DNA from: a candidate division WOR-3 bacterium
GTDB lineage: Bacteria; Hydrothermota; 32-111
Length of the DNA: 64,000 bases
Assembly (NCBI GenBank): GCA_037481815.1
Contig: JBBFKX010000002.1
Location: forward strand, 277,920-341,919
Reading direction: 5' to 3'
This document shows positions 53,317 through 63,006 of this stretch, one piece after another. A program made the translations under genes and the position numbers. How positions within the stretch are numbered: the stretch's first letter is position 1; each line of letters starts with the position of its first letter. The notes beneath the pieces were generated by a model. The model had not been told where the DNA came from, ran no database searches, and was given only the letters and a program-made list of their open reading frames with translations.

Positions 53317-54645
53317 TTAAAGAACTCCGAGATAATTTAAAATTGACAGTTTATTTATGATGATATCATAAATAGATTTTAGATATCCCACCTGTGCGTT
53401 TATATATTTCGTTTCAGCATCTATATAATCAACATTACTTATAATACCTCTATTGTATTGTTCTGTTGCGGTTAAGTATGCTTCCTTTGAAAGATCCACA
53501 GTTTTTTCAAAAATCTTTAGATTCTCTTGTGAATTTTCGTAGTTTTTTATCAAAAGTTCGAGATCAACAGGTATCCTTTCTTTTAGAAGGAGATAACTCA
53601 TGTTCACTTGTTTTTCCTGCTTCTTTGATTTCAAAATGTTCAAAACTCTGCTTCCACCAGAAAAAAGATCAAGATTCACTGAAACTCCAAGATTGTATGA
53701 TCCATCAAAATATGAAGAATCTGAAATATAAGAATAGTAATTCTTATAGTTGTATGAAGTGAAAAAAGCAACATTAGGAATAAAGGATGAAGAGTTTAAC
53801 AATGTTGCTTTTTTCGATATATTTTTTGAAATTTCAAGATTTCTCAACTCACTTTTATTTTTGAAGCATATATCTAACAATTTTTCCTTGGTTAATGAAT
53901 CCAGTCCAAGAGTATCAAATTTATCAACAGTAATAAAAGAAAGAGAATCGGTTAAAATTATACTATCTTTAATATCCATTCCGAGCAAAAACTTTAAACT
54001 GTTTAAAAGATTGTCTCTCTGTTTTATAAGATTTTTTAATTCTATTTTACTGTTTTCAAAATCAACTTCTGAAGAAAGTTTTTCAAGTTTACTCGATGTA
54101 CCAAGATTGTATTTTGATAGAGTCACTTTATAATGATTTTCTTTTGCATCAATAATCTTTTTATTAACATCTATCATTTGATCAAAAAGTTTTATTGAAA
54201 GATATAATTGAATGACAGAAAACTTTATATCCCTTTTTGCTTTTTCAAGTTCAATTTTAGACATTTGGAGTCTATCCTTTGAAACCATATAGCCAAGAAT
54301 AAGTTTTCCTCCAAGAAAAACTGGTTGTGAGAGTTTTACATCCAGAGAATAGTTGTTCTGTTCACCAACTTTTATTCTCATAGGTCCAAGAGCAGTGTTA
54401 ACATATGTTGTTGGAACCGTATCCAATCTGACAAAGGTTCCAGTTGATGTTACTTTTGGAAAGAAGTTTGTAATTGAAAGTAGCAAATCTTCGTTCGCTA
54501 TATTAACATTTTCCTCTGAAATTTTTATCTGTAAATTGTTAACGTAAGCTTTGTTAATAGCTTCATCAAGAGTCAAACCTGATACAAGTAAAAAGGAATA
54601 ATAAAAAACCAAAAGCATCAAAAAAAACTTTTTTTGCATTTTCAC
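53317..54645 (-). CDS. TolC-family outer membrane protein
   Basis: LTLDEAI, FFPKV, LSQPVFLGG, YNRGIISNVDYIDAE. Confidence 0.93.
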   Translation of the reverse strand: MKMQKKFFLMLLVFYYSFLLVSGLTLDEAINKAYVNNLQIKISEENVNIANEDLLLSITNFFPKVTSTGTFVRLDTVPTTYVNTALGPMRIKVGEQNNYSLDVKLSQPVFLGGKLILGYMVSKDRLQMSKIELEKAKRDIKFSVIQLYLSIKLFDQMIDVNKKIIDAKENHYKVTLSKYNLGTSSKLEKLSSEVDFENSKIELKNLIKQRDNLLNSLKFLLGMDIKDSIILTDSLSFITVDKFDTLGLDSLTKEKLLDICFKNKSELRNLEISKNISKKATLLNSSSFIPNVAFFTSYNYKNYYSYISDSSYFDGSYNLGVSVNLDLFSGGSRVLNILKSKKQEKQVNMSYLLLKERIPVDLELLIKNYENSQENLKIFEKTVDLSKEAYLTATEQYNRGIISNVDYIDAETKYINAQVGYLKSIYDIIINKLSILNYLGVL

Positions 54646-55220
54646 TCCTTAATTAATATTTTTAGTACATTTTCTTTAATATATTTTATTCTCTTCTGGT
54701 CAAGTTGTGTCTCAAGAAAGATGATTCTCGAAATCTCCATATGTATCAAACCAACTATCATCATAGTTAAAATTTCACTATTTAAATCTTTAAAAATATT
54801 TTTTTGAATCCCATCATCTATTATATCCTTCAATATCTGAAACCTTTTTACAACTATTTTTCGATCGATTCCTCTTGAAAAATCAAACAACTCTTTATTT
54901 GAATTCAGATTGTTCATAGTAAAAAATTTCACCTTATTTACATTTTCTACCATTATCTCCAAAAATGATTCTATATATTTTTCAACTTTCAAGGATGGTG
55001 AATCCACTTTTTCAACAGATTTTTTAATCTCTTCATTACAATTGTTTATAGCATAGTTTATAGTTGAAATAAAAAGTTCTTTTTTGTTTTTGAAATATAG
55101 ATATATTGTTCCTTTTCCAACATTCGCTTTTTTTGCAATACTATCGACATCCGTCTCAAAATATCCTCTTTTCCCAAAAAGTTCTAAAGATGCTTCTAAA
55201 ATTTTACTTTTTTTATCCAT
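54642..55220 (-). CDS. TetR/AcrR family regulator
   Basis: IAKKANVGKGTIYLYFKNKKEL. Confidence 0.95.
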   Translation of the reverse strand: MDKKSKILEASLELFGKRGYFETDVDSIAKKANVGKGTIYLYFKNKKELFISTINYAINNCNEEIKKSVEKVDSPSLKVEKYIESFLEIMVENVNKVKFFTMNNLNSNKELFDFSRGIDRKIVVKRFQILKDIIDDGIQKNIFKDLNSEILTMMIVGLIHMEISRIIFLETQLDQKRIKYIKENVLKILIKE

Positions 55221-55226
55221 CTTGAT

Positions 55227-55255
55227 AATATAATTAAAACTGACCGGTCAGTCAA
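55227..55255 (-). promoter_or_regulatory. tetR promoter (leaderless) containing a 14-bp palindromic operator
   Basis: TTGACT-17-TATATT-6-ATG; perfect palindrome ACTGACCGGTCAGT at 55239-55252. Confidence 0.8.
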
Positions 55256-55276
55256 GATGTTTTTTCAAAATTTCTA

Positions 55277-55304
55277 TTGAAATTTTATATTATTTTATTA
55301 TACT
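55277..55304 (+). promoter_or_regulatory. Possible sigma70 promoter
   Basis: TTGAAA-16-TATACT, then SD AAGGAG. Confidence 0.5.
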
Positions 55305-55328
55305 AAAAAATGGTAAAAAAGGAGAAAT

Positions 55329-56237
55329 ATGATTGTTGAATGTCCAAAGTGTCATAAAAAATATGAAATCGATGAAATGTATATTCCTATTGGCGGTGCT
55401 CCAATAAGATGTCCCAACTGTAAAAATATTTTTGGAATATATGTTGAACCTATAGATATTCCTATGACAGAGGTTTCAGACGAAAATATACCTTCTTCAA
55501 CTTTTGAAACACCAGTTGAAGAATCAAAAAAACCATCTTTTGAAGAGAACTCGATTTCAACACAATTTGAAGAAAAAAAAGTTGAAGAGAGCGAAATTCC
55601 CACTTTTCCAGACATGGATCAATTTGGAAAATTTTCAAGTGAAGCAGAAGAAATTCCATTTTCTTCTAAAAAAACCAGTTTTGAACCAAAGGTTGAAGAG
55701 GTGAAAAAAGAGGAACCTTTTGTGAATCCTTTCGCTCAACCACAACCTCAAAAACCAGTTCAACAACCACCATTCCAGCAGCCTGATTTCGGTGTTCCTC
55801 CAGCTTTCACTCAACCAAAGGTTGAAGAGGTGAAAAAAGAGGAGCCGTTTGTGAATCCTTTCGCACAACCACAAAGACCTTTACAACAGCCAACCCAGAC
55901 AGTTCAAGCAGGTAAAGCAGGTTCTCCAATGTTTGATGTATTACTTGCTGGATTCAATCTTCCACCAGATTTTAAATCACTTCCTGAAAATGTTCAAAAA
56001 CTTCATAAAGATGCGATCAAACTCGCAAGACAACTTGCCAAAGATATTCTTCTTTATCATAAGGATGAGGTTGAAAGAGGATTGACATCTGGAAACATAA
56101 AAGAAGTTTTGAAAGAGGAAATCGAAAAATCTTACAAATTCTACTCTCAAAGGATACCCGCAGAAATAGTTAATTCAACAAACTATTTCAATGAAGCTTT
56201 AAATAAGATAATCTGTAAAGGACAGAACATTTTTTAA
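55329..56237 (+). CDS. Zinc-ribbon (MJ0042-like finger) protein with Pro/Gln/Glu linker and helical C-terminal domain
   Basis: CPKC...CPNCKNIF; C-terminal AIKLARQLAKDILLYH...EEIEKS...YFNEAL. Confidence 0.85.
   Translation: MIVECPKCHKKYEIDEMYIPIGGAPIRCPNCKNIFGIYVEPIDIPMTEVSDENIPSSTFETPVEESKKPSFEENSISTQFEEKKVEESEIPTFPDMDQFGKFSSEAEEIPFSSKKTSFEPKVEEVKKEEPFVNPFAQPQPQKPVQQPPFQQPDFGVPPAFTQPKVEEVKKEEPFVNPFAQPQRPLQQPTQTVQAGKAGSPMFDVLLAGFNLPPDFKSLPENVQKLHKDAIKLARQLAKDILLYHKDEVERGLTSGNIKEVLKEEIEKSYKFYSQRIPAEIVNSTNYFNEALNKIICKGQNIF
55684..55874 (+). repeat. Intragenic 62-bp direct repeat (2 copies)
   Basis: 55684-55745 and 55813-55874 encode PKVEEVKKEEPFVNPFAQPQ, with 3 synonymous differences. Confidence 0.9.
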
Positions 56238-57769
56238 TATTTAAATGCTGAACCACCAACAAATTCTCTTAGAACAGAGGTTGGTGGTATTTTTTCAACC
56301 GAAATCTCTTTGAAAAAAGAAAGAATGAAAAGTAATCTTTTCGCATCAAGATAAAATTCGCTATTTTCATCAATTTCTTGTAATAAAGGTCTGGCAAAAT
56401 TTTTTAAAACTGAAAGTTCATATAAAAGTGAAGAGTTGAAAAAGAAATCTGCACTTTCCTGAAAAGGGAAGATATTCTTTTCCTCTCCATCCCTAACATG
56501 TTTCCACATTCTAAGAGTATTTTCAGCAGTATGGTTTCTAAAAAGATAATCTCTAACGATTCTCCTGATCAATCTATTATCTGTAGTTGAAATTCTATGT
56601 GTGTTGTCTATATTTATCTGGGTTAACGCTGAAACATATATTTTCAGTTTTAACTCTTTTGGAATCGATTCTGTTAGTTTTTCATTCAATCCATGTATTC
56701 CTTCAATCACAAGAATCGAGTCCTTCCCCATTTTCAATTTTGTTCCATCTTTTAATCTTTTCCCGGTTTGAAAATCAAATTTAGGATTTATAATCTCTTC
56801 TCCCTTTATTAAGGAATTCAGATTTCTATTAAAAAGTTCAATATCCAAAGCATCTATTGATTCAAAATCTTTTTTACCATCTCTGTTGACTTTTATTTTA
56901 TCGTTATCAAGGAAATAATCATCAAGAGATATTCCAACAACTGAAAGTCCAAGAACCTTTAACTGTATTGATAATCTTTTTAAAAAGGTTGTTTTACCCG
57001 ATGAGGAAGGTCCCGCTATAAGTATAATCTTTAGTTTTCCTCTCCTGGAATCAACATGGTTTGCTATTTCAACTATCTTTTTTTCATGTAACGCTTCACA
57101 TACATACACAAGTTCAAATATTTCATCATTCTCTATCGATTCCCTGATATTTTTTACTGACCTCCATCCAAGTACTTTTGCCCAATTTTCCGACTCATTA
57201 AAAATCGCAAAAAGTTTTTTTTGATCTTTTTTTACATTTTCCTCAGAAAGATATGCAATAAAACCGGGGGGATAATATTTTATAAAAGATCCTTTTAACA
57301 GAGATGATGAATCTACAACCGGTGTGAAGAAAAATTCTTTTACATTGTTGTACTCACACAAAAACCCACCTGACATTTCTGAACTGGTTAAAACATCAAA
57401 CTTATCCTTATCATCCTTGAAAATTTCAAGAAGTTCATCTTTTGTTTTATATTTTGAAGAAAGTTTTTCATTGTTCTCTATCCTTTTTTCAAGAATATCG
57501 TTAATTCTGTTGATATCGTTCTCACAGAGTAAGGTTTCAGAAAAAACTTCACAATAGAGTCCTCCATTTATTGTATGTTCCACATTCAAAATAGCGTTCT
57601 TAAAATTCGAGGTTATGATATCTTTTAAAAGTAAAATCAAACTGTTCTGAAGAACAAGTTTTCCATAAAAAGAATCAGAATAAACAGGATTTTTTTCTTC
57701 ATACGAAAAATTATCTTCAAGTGGTATCAATCTGTTTTTTCTTTCAAAACAAACTATCTTTCTTTCCAT
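56234..57769 (-). CDS. udk: Uridine/nucleoside kinase, long form with ThrRS-like N-terminal domain
   Basis: AGPSSSGKTT, LDDYF, IEGIHGLN, RLIRRIVRD, EEKNIFPFQ. Confidence 0.85.
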   Translation of the reverse strand: MERKIVCFERKNRLIPLEDNFSYEEKNPVYSDSFYGKLVLQNSLILLLKDIITSNFKNAILNVEHTINGGLYCEVFSETLLCENDINRINDILEKRIENNEKLSSKYKTKDELLEIFKDDKDKFDVLTSSEMSGGFLCEYNNVKEFFFTPVVDSSSLLKGSFIKYYPPGFIAYLSEENVKKDQKKLFAIFNESENWAKVLGWRSVKNIRESIENDEIFELVYVCEALHEKKIVEIANHVDSRRGKLKIILIAGPSSSGKTTFLKRLSIQLKVLGLSVVGISLDDYFLDNDKIKVNRDGKKDFESIDALDIELFNRNLNSLIKGEEIINPKFDFQTGKRLKDGTKLKMGKDSILVIEGIHGLNEKLTESIPKELKLKIYVSALTQINIDNTHRISTTDNRLIRRIVRDYLFRNHTAENTLRMWKHVRDGEEKNIFPFQESADFFFNSSLLYELSVLKNFARPLLQEIDENSEFYLDAKRLLFILSFFKEISVEKIPPTSVLREFVGGSAFKY

Positions 57770-57778
57770 AAATTTTTC

Positions 57779-57850
57779 AGCTGGTGGGCGGATTTGAACC
57801 GCCGACCCGCGCTTTACGAAAGCGCTGCTCTACCACTGAGCCACACCAGC
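57779..57850 (-). tRNA. tRNA-Thr(CGT), CCA not encoded
   Basis: GCTGGTGTGGCTCAGTGGTAGAGCAGCGCT-TTCGTAA-AGCGCGGGTCGGCGGTTCAAATCCGCCCACCAGCT cloverleaf. Confidence 0.96.
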
Positions 57851-57857
57851 AAAATTT

Positions 57858-60800
57858 TTATTTTATGAATAAGATTTTACCAGTAAACTCTTTTTTATTT
57901 TCATCAGACAACTTTACAAACAAGATTTTGGATGAAATTTTTCTGTTTGAAAGATCGACTGTATAACTGTTGATACCATTCTTTCCAATAATTTCAGTAG
58001 AGTAAAGTTGTCTACCAGCCACATCATAAATTTTCAAATTTATTTTTTCGTTATCTTTCGATGTAAATACAACACTTATTTTATTATTTTTAAAACTATT
58101 TTCAATAGATAAAAGTTTAAATTCCCTGTGATCCTCTAAAGAAAAATCCTCTATGTTCAACTTCATTTCAAAAAAGTCCATTATTCTTCTTAGCCATCCA
58201 CTCTTTGAACTGATCGAATCGTTGTCAACAATATTTCCAAATTCAATTGAGGATGCAACAGTTCTATATTTATCATTCTTGTATGAAACAACATAACCAC
58301 CAAGACCATTATAGAAAACCTTTTTTGAGCCATTTATACTATCGATCAGATCATTGTACGATGTAGGAGTATAATTTAAAACTATTCCTTCACCGATTGT
58401 TCCATCCGTTCCATAATATACTGAAGGTGAAGTTGATGTCCCATCACTTTTTGGGTTTACATTACACAAAGAGTTAAAATTGAAAGCGTTATTATACAAA
58501 GGATCCCAGTAAAATGCTTCACCACCTTCTATATAAAGTTTGATCTCTCCACTATTCAAAAGGGAATCAATCATTAAAGCAACAGGATCATAGGATGGTA
58601 TCACATAATTGTTTGGATATGAACCAAGTGTTAAAAACACAAAATTATAATTTTTTACATTCTGATATTCTATACTGGTTAAAAGATCTCCAGCATATCC
58701 CCATGATTTCAAAATTGAATCTATATAAAAACCACTGTTTGATGATTTTGCATAGTTGAGTACAAGATAATCTTTTTTGTTTATATATATCGTTTTAAAG
58801 AAAGTGTCTGTAAGTCCAAGTGTATCAGTATAAATAATGGTCAATTCAACAGTATATAGTGTATCCGGAGGTAAATCTTTCACATATCCTTTAAATCCTG
58901 TCACAGAAAAAGTATCGTTACCATTTAAGTATGGTATATCAAAAGATTCAGGAATGACGGATAATTTATTTGTGTCATTGGAAATAATTGAAACTTTCAA
59001 TTTTCTATCATTCTCATTCGAGTAGTTTTTCAATTTTACTATCAGATCAACAGTATCGTTAGAAAATACAGATGTATTTTTTGATATCACAAAAAGAGTT
59101 TCAATCTTTGTTTCTGGTGCATATATAAAAAATCTCTTCTTAGTATTTAAAGTTGAATCACCTGAAAAGAATTTGAAACCTAAAGAATCGTAGGTTCTGT
59201 TTTTAACATTGCCTTTTACTCTAAACAATATTGAGTTCAAAGATAAACAACTATCAGATGGTAGAATTGTACTTTTAAATTTAAAGATATTTGAATAGAG
59301 TTTTACATTTCCCGTGAAAACAAATACAGAACAGGATAAAGATAATAGAGGTTGAAGGCCCTTATTTTCAATCAATAAAGAAATATATCCCAAATCTGCT
59401 GAAGTAAAATTCCCATCGGGTTGATTGAAATAAAAGAGTGTGTCTTTGACGATTAACTTTTTGATTGATGGATAAAAGGTTGAATTTGAGATAACAGAAT
59501 AGGAACTGTCAGGTTTATAATTATTTTTAAACGCATAAAATTTTATTGTATCCCCGGTTTCACCATAAAGGTAAAAAGTAACTTTACCTGTCTCATCTGT
59601 TGTACCAACATCAATCAAAGAATCGTTTAAAATATAAGAAACTTTGGCATTTTTTACAGGTAGCCCTGTTGTCTTATTATAAACAAAAAGATCAAAATCA
59701 TAATTTGAAGATGGTATCGTTGAAAAAACATCTATAAATAAAGAATCATAGTTTATATAAAATGTAAGAGTAGGATCACCCAGAAGGTTGTACTGCTCAA
59801 AATACCTTTTCCCAGTTGAAGGAAAAGCGTTCAAAACATTGAGTTTTGCAAAATAGATCAAATCAGAAAGATTAGTATAATTTGAATCTATGTAGTAATC
59901 AAAAAATCTTCTTTCCATAATATCATCTTCATCCCAGTATGAATAAACTGAAGAACCCAAAAAAGCAATACTTTTCCCACTTTTCACCCATGTCTCTCCA
60001 AAACAATCTGAAGAGTAAGCATAATTTCCAGTAAGACATGCATAACTTGAAACAAAAGGTAACATCTCACCATTAGTTAAACCTGTTATATCTGACTGAT
60101 AAAAAGTTGGGCCTGCCCATGATGTGACACTTCCATGTCCTGAGTAAACAGCAAGGGATCTACCACTATTTATCGCAGTTGAAACAGGAGTTCCCGTTTC
60201 ATTGTAATAGAACAACGAATCGATAACCATCAAGGAATCTCTGAGTTTCTCCATAACATAAAGATGTGTTGACTCAGCAATCTGATGGAATGAAGCATCA
60301 TCAGATGCCATAAAATAACCTTTTTTTGTCCAGTTGTTTGTGTTACTGAAAAGAGAGTTTTGATAATTAATGTTTTTTTCAATTATTATTTTCAAAGTGG
60401 TTGTATCTGTTACAGAAAATCTTCCGATCCCAATATCAGGTAAAAAATCTGTTCCTTCAAGTGTTGTATAATAGAGATCTGTTGGTGGAAAATCTTCTTC
60501 TGTTCCGATATAGTTAGGAATAATGTTTACATCACCAACAAGCAGAACATATTCAAGTGGAACAATTGAATTGTTATAAACATTTAAAATACCATTTTTG
60601 ATCTGCTCTTTTGTGTATCCAACTGTGTCCAAGAGGAGTACTTCAGTATAAAATCCCTGTTTGTTTTTCAATTTCATGAAATTTTGTAAGTATGGTTTCA
60701 TCGTTGAATTCACAACAAAAAGGATTTTGCTTTTCAACGAACTTTTCTGAATCTCTGGTTGCTCTAAAATATCTTTCAATTCAAACTCAATATTTTCATA

Positions 60801-61328
60801 ATAAAAAAGTTTATTATCTTTTCTATCAAAGACAAGTGGATTAACTTCAATCTGATAAACAAATTGATCTTTTCTTTTTCCCAATAATTTCAAATCTATA
60901 ACCCTATCGGGAAATTTCTCATTTGAATTGTAAAATTTTTCATCAATAAAAAATTGATTAATATCTTTAGATTTTACCACAGGTTTTTGTAAGGGATATA
61001 TACCTTTTTCAGGAATTCTTATGTTTAGAATTTTTTGTTCACCAATCTTCACTTTCTTTAAATTAAGGTTTCCATCTTTCGAGTAAATTAAAAATCTATA
61101 CGATGGAAGTTCTGGATATCCATATCTTGATGTTTTAAAACCATTCTTTACATCGATTTTTAAAAAACCATCTTTTAAAAAGTATTCAAAACTTTCAAGT
61201 TTTATAATATACTTGCTGCTTAGCTTTTCGATTTTAAATCCATTCTCAGAGGAATCTTTCATTTTAAAGGTTTCCGCAAAAATTATAATCGAAAACAGGA
61301 AAATAAAAGCAGTAAAAAATTTTTTCAT
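57858..61328 (-). CDS. Gingipain-like C25 cysteine peptidase with propeptide and T9SS-type CTD
   Basis: Propeptide GYPELP; LLVGD, TDLYY, IGRFS, YSGHGS, YACLTG, SYWDED, YNLLGDP; CTD IYDVAGR. Confidence 0.9.
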   Translation of the reverse strand: MKKFFTAFIFLFSIIIFAETFKMKDSSENGFKIEKLSSKYIIKLESFEYFLKDGFLKIDVKNGFKTSRYGYPELPSYRFLIYSKDGNLNLKKVKIGEQKILNIRIPEKGIYPLQKPVVKSKDINQFFIDEKFYNSNEKFPDRVIDLKLLGKRKDQFVYQIEVNPLVFDRKDNKLFYYENIEFELKDILEQPEIQKSSLKSKILFVVNSTMKPYLQNFMKLKNKQGFYTEVLLLDTVGYTKEQIKNGILNVYNNSIVPLEYVLLVGDVNIIPNYIGTEEDFPPTDLYYTTLEGTDFLPDIGIGRFSVTDTTTLKIIIEKNINYQNSLFSNTNNWTKKGYFMASDDASFHQIAESTHLYVMEKLRDSLMVIDSLFYYNETGTPVSTAINSGRSLAVYSGHGSVTSWAGPTFYQSDITGLTNGEMLPFVSSYACLTGNYAYSSDCFGETWVKSGKSIAFLGSSVYSYWDEDDIMERRFFDYYIDSNYTNLSDLIYFAKLNVLNAFPSTGKRYFEQYNLLGDPTLTFYINYDSLFIDVFSTIPSSNYDFDLFVYNKTTGLPVKNAKVSYILNDSLIDVGTTDETGKVTFYLYGETGDTIKFYAFKNNYKPDSSYSVISNSTFYPSIKKLIVKDTLFYFNQPDGNFTSADLGYISLLIENKGLQPLLSLSCSVFVFTGNVKLYSNIFKFKSTILPSDSCLSLNSILFRVKGNVKNRTYDSLGFKFFSGDSTLNTKKRFFIYAPETKIETLFVISKNTSVFSNDTVDLIVKLKNYSNENDRKLKVSIISNDTNKLSVIPESFDIPYLNGNDTFSVTGFKGYVKDLPPDTLYTVELTIIYTDTLGLTDTFFKTIYINKKDYLVLNYAKSSNSGFYIDSILKSWGYAGDLLTSIEYQNVKNYNFVFLTLGSYPNNYVIPSYDPVALMIDSLLNSGEIKLYIEGGEAFYWDPLYNNAFNFNSLCNVNPKSDGTSTSPSVYYGTDGTIGEGIVLNYTPTSYNDLIDSINGSKKVFYNGLGGYVVSYKNDKYRTVASSIEFGNIVDNDSISSKSGWLRRIMDFFEMKLNIEDFSLEDHREFKLLSIENSFKNNKISVVFTSKDNEKINLKIYDVAGRQLYSTEIIGKNGINSYTVDLSNRKISSKILFVKLSDENKKEFTGKILFIK

Positions 61329-61346
61329 TGTTTTCTCCTTTTTATA

Positions 61347-61408
61347 AATATAGTTTATAAGTTTTTTTAGTCAATACTATTGACTGTTAAAATATGTTAT
61401 ATTATAAC
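61347..61408. promoter_or_regulatory. Back-to-back divergent promoters
   Basis: AGTCAATA-C-TATTGACT palindrome (61369-61385) supplies TTGACT on both strands; minus-strand -10 is TATATT; plus-strand -10 is ambiguous. Confidence 0.55.
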
Positions 61409-61428
61409 TTAATTTAAAAGGAGGTGGA

Positions 61429-61941
61429 ATGAAATATTTGTTTCTATTGATTATTTTTTCGTTAATTCTCGTTTCGTGTTCAATAGGTCCTGTATACGTT
61501 TACAATTACCAGCCAGTAGTAAAAATTCTTGCAGACACAACAGAGGTCACTTTTATCGTTCAGGATTTATCACCTGATGGTTGGTGGTCAGGTGATGGAG
61601 TTGATTCTCTGAATTTCAAAATACTACTATCTGAAATTAAAAAAGTTAAATCACATATTACGGATATTCAATTCAACATAGTAACCGAAACTTATGGCAA
61701 CATTTTTGAAGATCGAATTTCATTTTTAACTCCGATTGAATTATCCGGTTCAAAATCTGATACTTTAACATTACCTTTATCAGTCAACGAACGAAGCGCT
61801 TATTATACCGATATCTCTGATGGAATAAACGATAATGTTGGAGAGGCAGCAATCATTATAAAAGCGATATATTATGACGAATTTGGAAACAGTTATGAAT
61901 CTCTTCCTTTCTATCTACCAATCAAAGTAATAAAACCATGA
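61429..61941 (+). CDS. Lipoprotein (tandem paralog 1)
   Basis: Lipobox LVSC; DISDGINDNVG. Confidence 0.8.
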   Translation: MKYLFLLIIFSLILVSCSIGPVYVYNYQPVVKILADTTEVTFIVQDLSPDGWWSGDGVDSLNFKILLSEIKKVKSHITDIQFNIVTETYGNIFEDRISFLTPIELSGSKSDTLTLPLSVNERSAYYTDISDGINDNVGEAAIIIKAIYYDEFGNSYESLPFYLPIKVIKP

Positions 61942-61949
61942 GGTGAATT

Positions 61950-62456
61950 ATGAAAAAAATATTTTATATTTTATTTTTCACAATTTTTCTTTCTTCCTGT
62001 TATACATCACCTACTTCGATAAAATATTATCAACCAATTTTGGATATAAGTATGAAAGACACTTTAAATTTTTCTATTCCACTCGGTAACGATTCCATAT
62101 GGAACTATGAGGATGTTGATTCAATATATGAAAATATAATAATATTTGAAAATCAGGGGTTGAACGCTTATATTACAGAAATCGACTGGGAAATCTATGA
62201 TTACACAAACAGAGTCAGAGAGAATTATAATAAAATATACCTAAACCCTGTAAAGATAGAAAAAAATTCATCTGACACGATTTCTCTCCTTTTCTTTCTT
62301 TATGGTTCTTCTGCTTTAAGAATTGATCAAGAAGATGGAGTAGAAGATAATGTAGCTTATGGAACAATCCAGTTGAAAATTAAATATTATGATGATAATG
62401 GTATAACTTATACTTCAAAGATATTCTATAAAAATGTTAAAGCTGTTGTTGAATAA
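61950..62456 (+). CDS. Lipoprotein (tandem paralog 2)
   Basis: Lipobox LSSC; DQEDGVEDNVA. Confidence 0.8.
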   Translation: MKKIFYILFFTIFLSSCYTSPTSIKYYQPILDISMKDTLNFSIPLGNDSIWNYEDVDSIYENIIIFENQGLNAYITEIDWEIYDYTNRVRENYNKIYLNPVKIEKNSSDTISLLFFLYGSSALRIDQEDGVEDNVAYGTIQLKIKYYDDNGITYTSKIFYKNVKAVVE

Positions 62457-62472
62457 TTAAAGAGAGGTATCT

Positions 62473-63006
62473 ATGAAAAAATTATTTTTCATAATTATTT
62501 TTGTAATATTGTTTATCTCCTGTTCTATAGGACCTGTTCCAGTTTATTACTCTCAACCGATAGTTTCACTTCTCGATGATACACTTGAAGTTATTTTTTC
62601 TGTTTCAGACAAAGATTTATCTGGATGGAACCATTACAATCAAAACAACATTGGTTCAGATACCGCTTTTCTTTCAATAGATGCATATGAAACAACAGGA
62701 GAAAAAAGTTTTATAGAAAGGATTGAGTACAGATTTTTAGTTGATGGTCAGATAGTCGAAAGAGATGATGTTTTTTATCCCATACCTTTAGAAATAGAGG
62801 ATAAAGATACAATTCATTTACCCGACCTTTTGATAGTTGTAAATGAACCTCTTGCTTATGAAATCGATATTCAGGATGGTTATGCTGACAATGTTGGAAC
62901 AGGAATACTTGAAACTAAAGTATATTATACAGATATCAAAGGAGAATCTTTCTCATCTATTCCAATAAGAAAAAGATTTAAAGTTATAAAACCTTTAACA
63001 TATTGA
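62473..63006 (+). CDS. Lipoprotein (tandem paralog 3)
   Basis: Lipobox FISC; DIQDGYADNVG. Confidence 0.8.
   Translation: MKKLFFIIIFVILFISCSIGPVPVYYSQPIVSLLDDTLEVIFSVSDKDLSGWNHYNQNNIGSDTAFLSIDAYETTGEKSFIERIEYRFLVDGQIVERDDVFYPIPLEIEDKDTIHLPDLLIVVNEPLAYEIDIQDGYADNVGTGILETKVYYTDIKGESFSSIPIRKRFKVIKPLTY

Noticed and set aside
57779-57850. tRNA as an integration site for an island
   Set aside because: No integrase and no duplicated tRNA 3' end seen in the window.
57784-57966. 60-aa ORF MGGFEPPTRALRKRCSTTEP
   Set aside because: Antisense translation of the tRNA.
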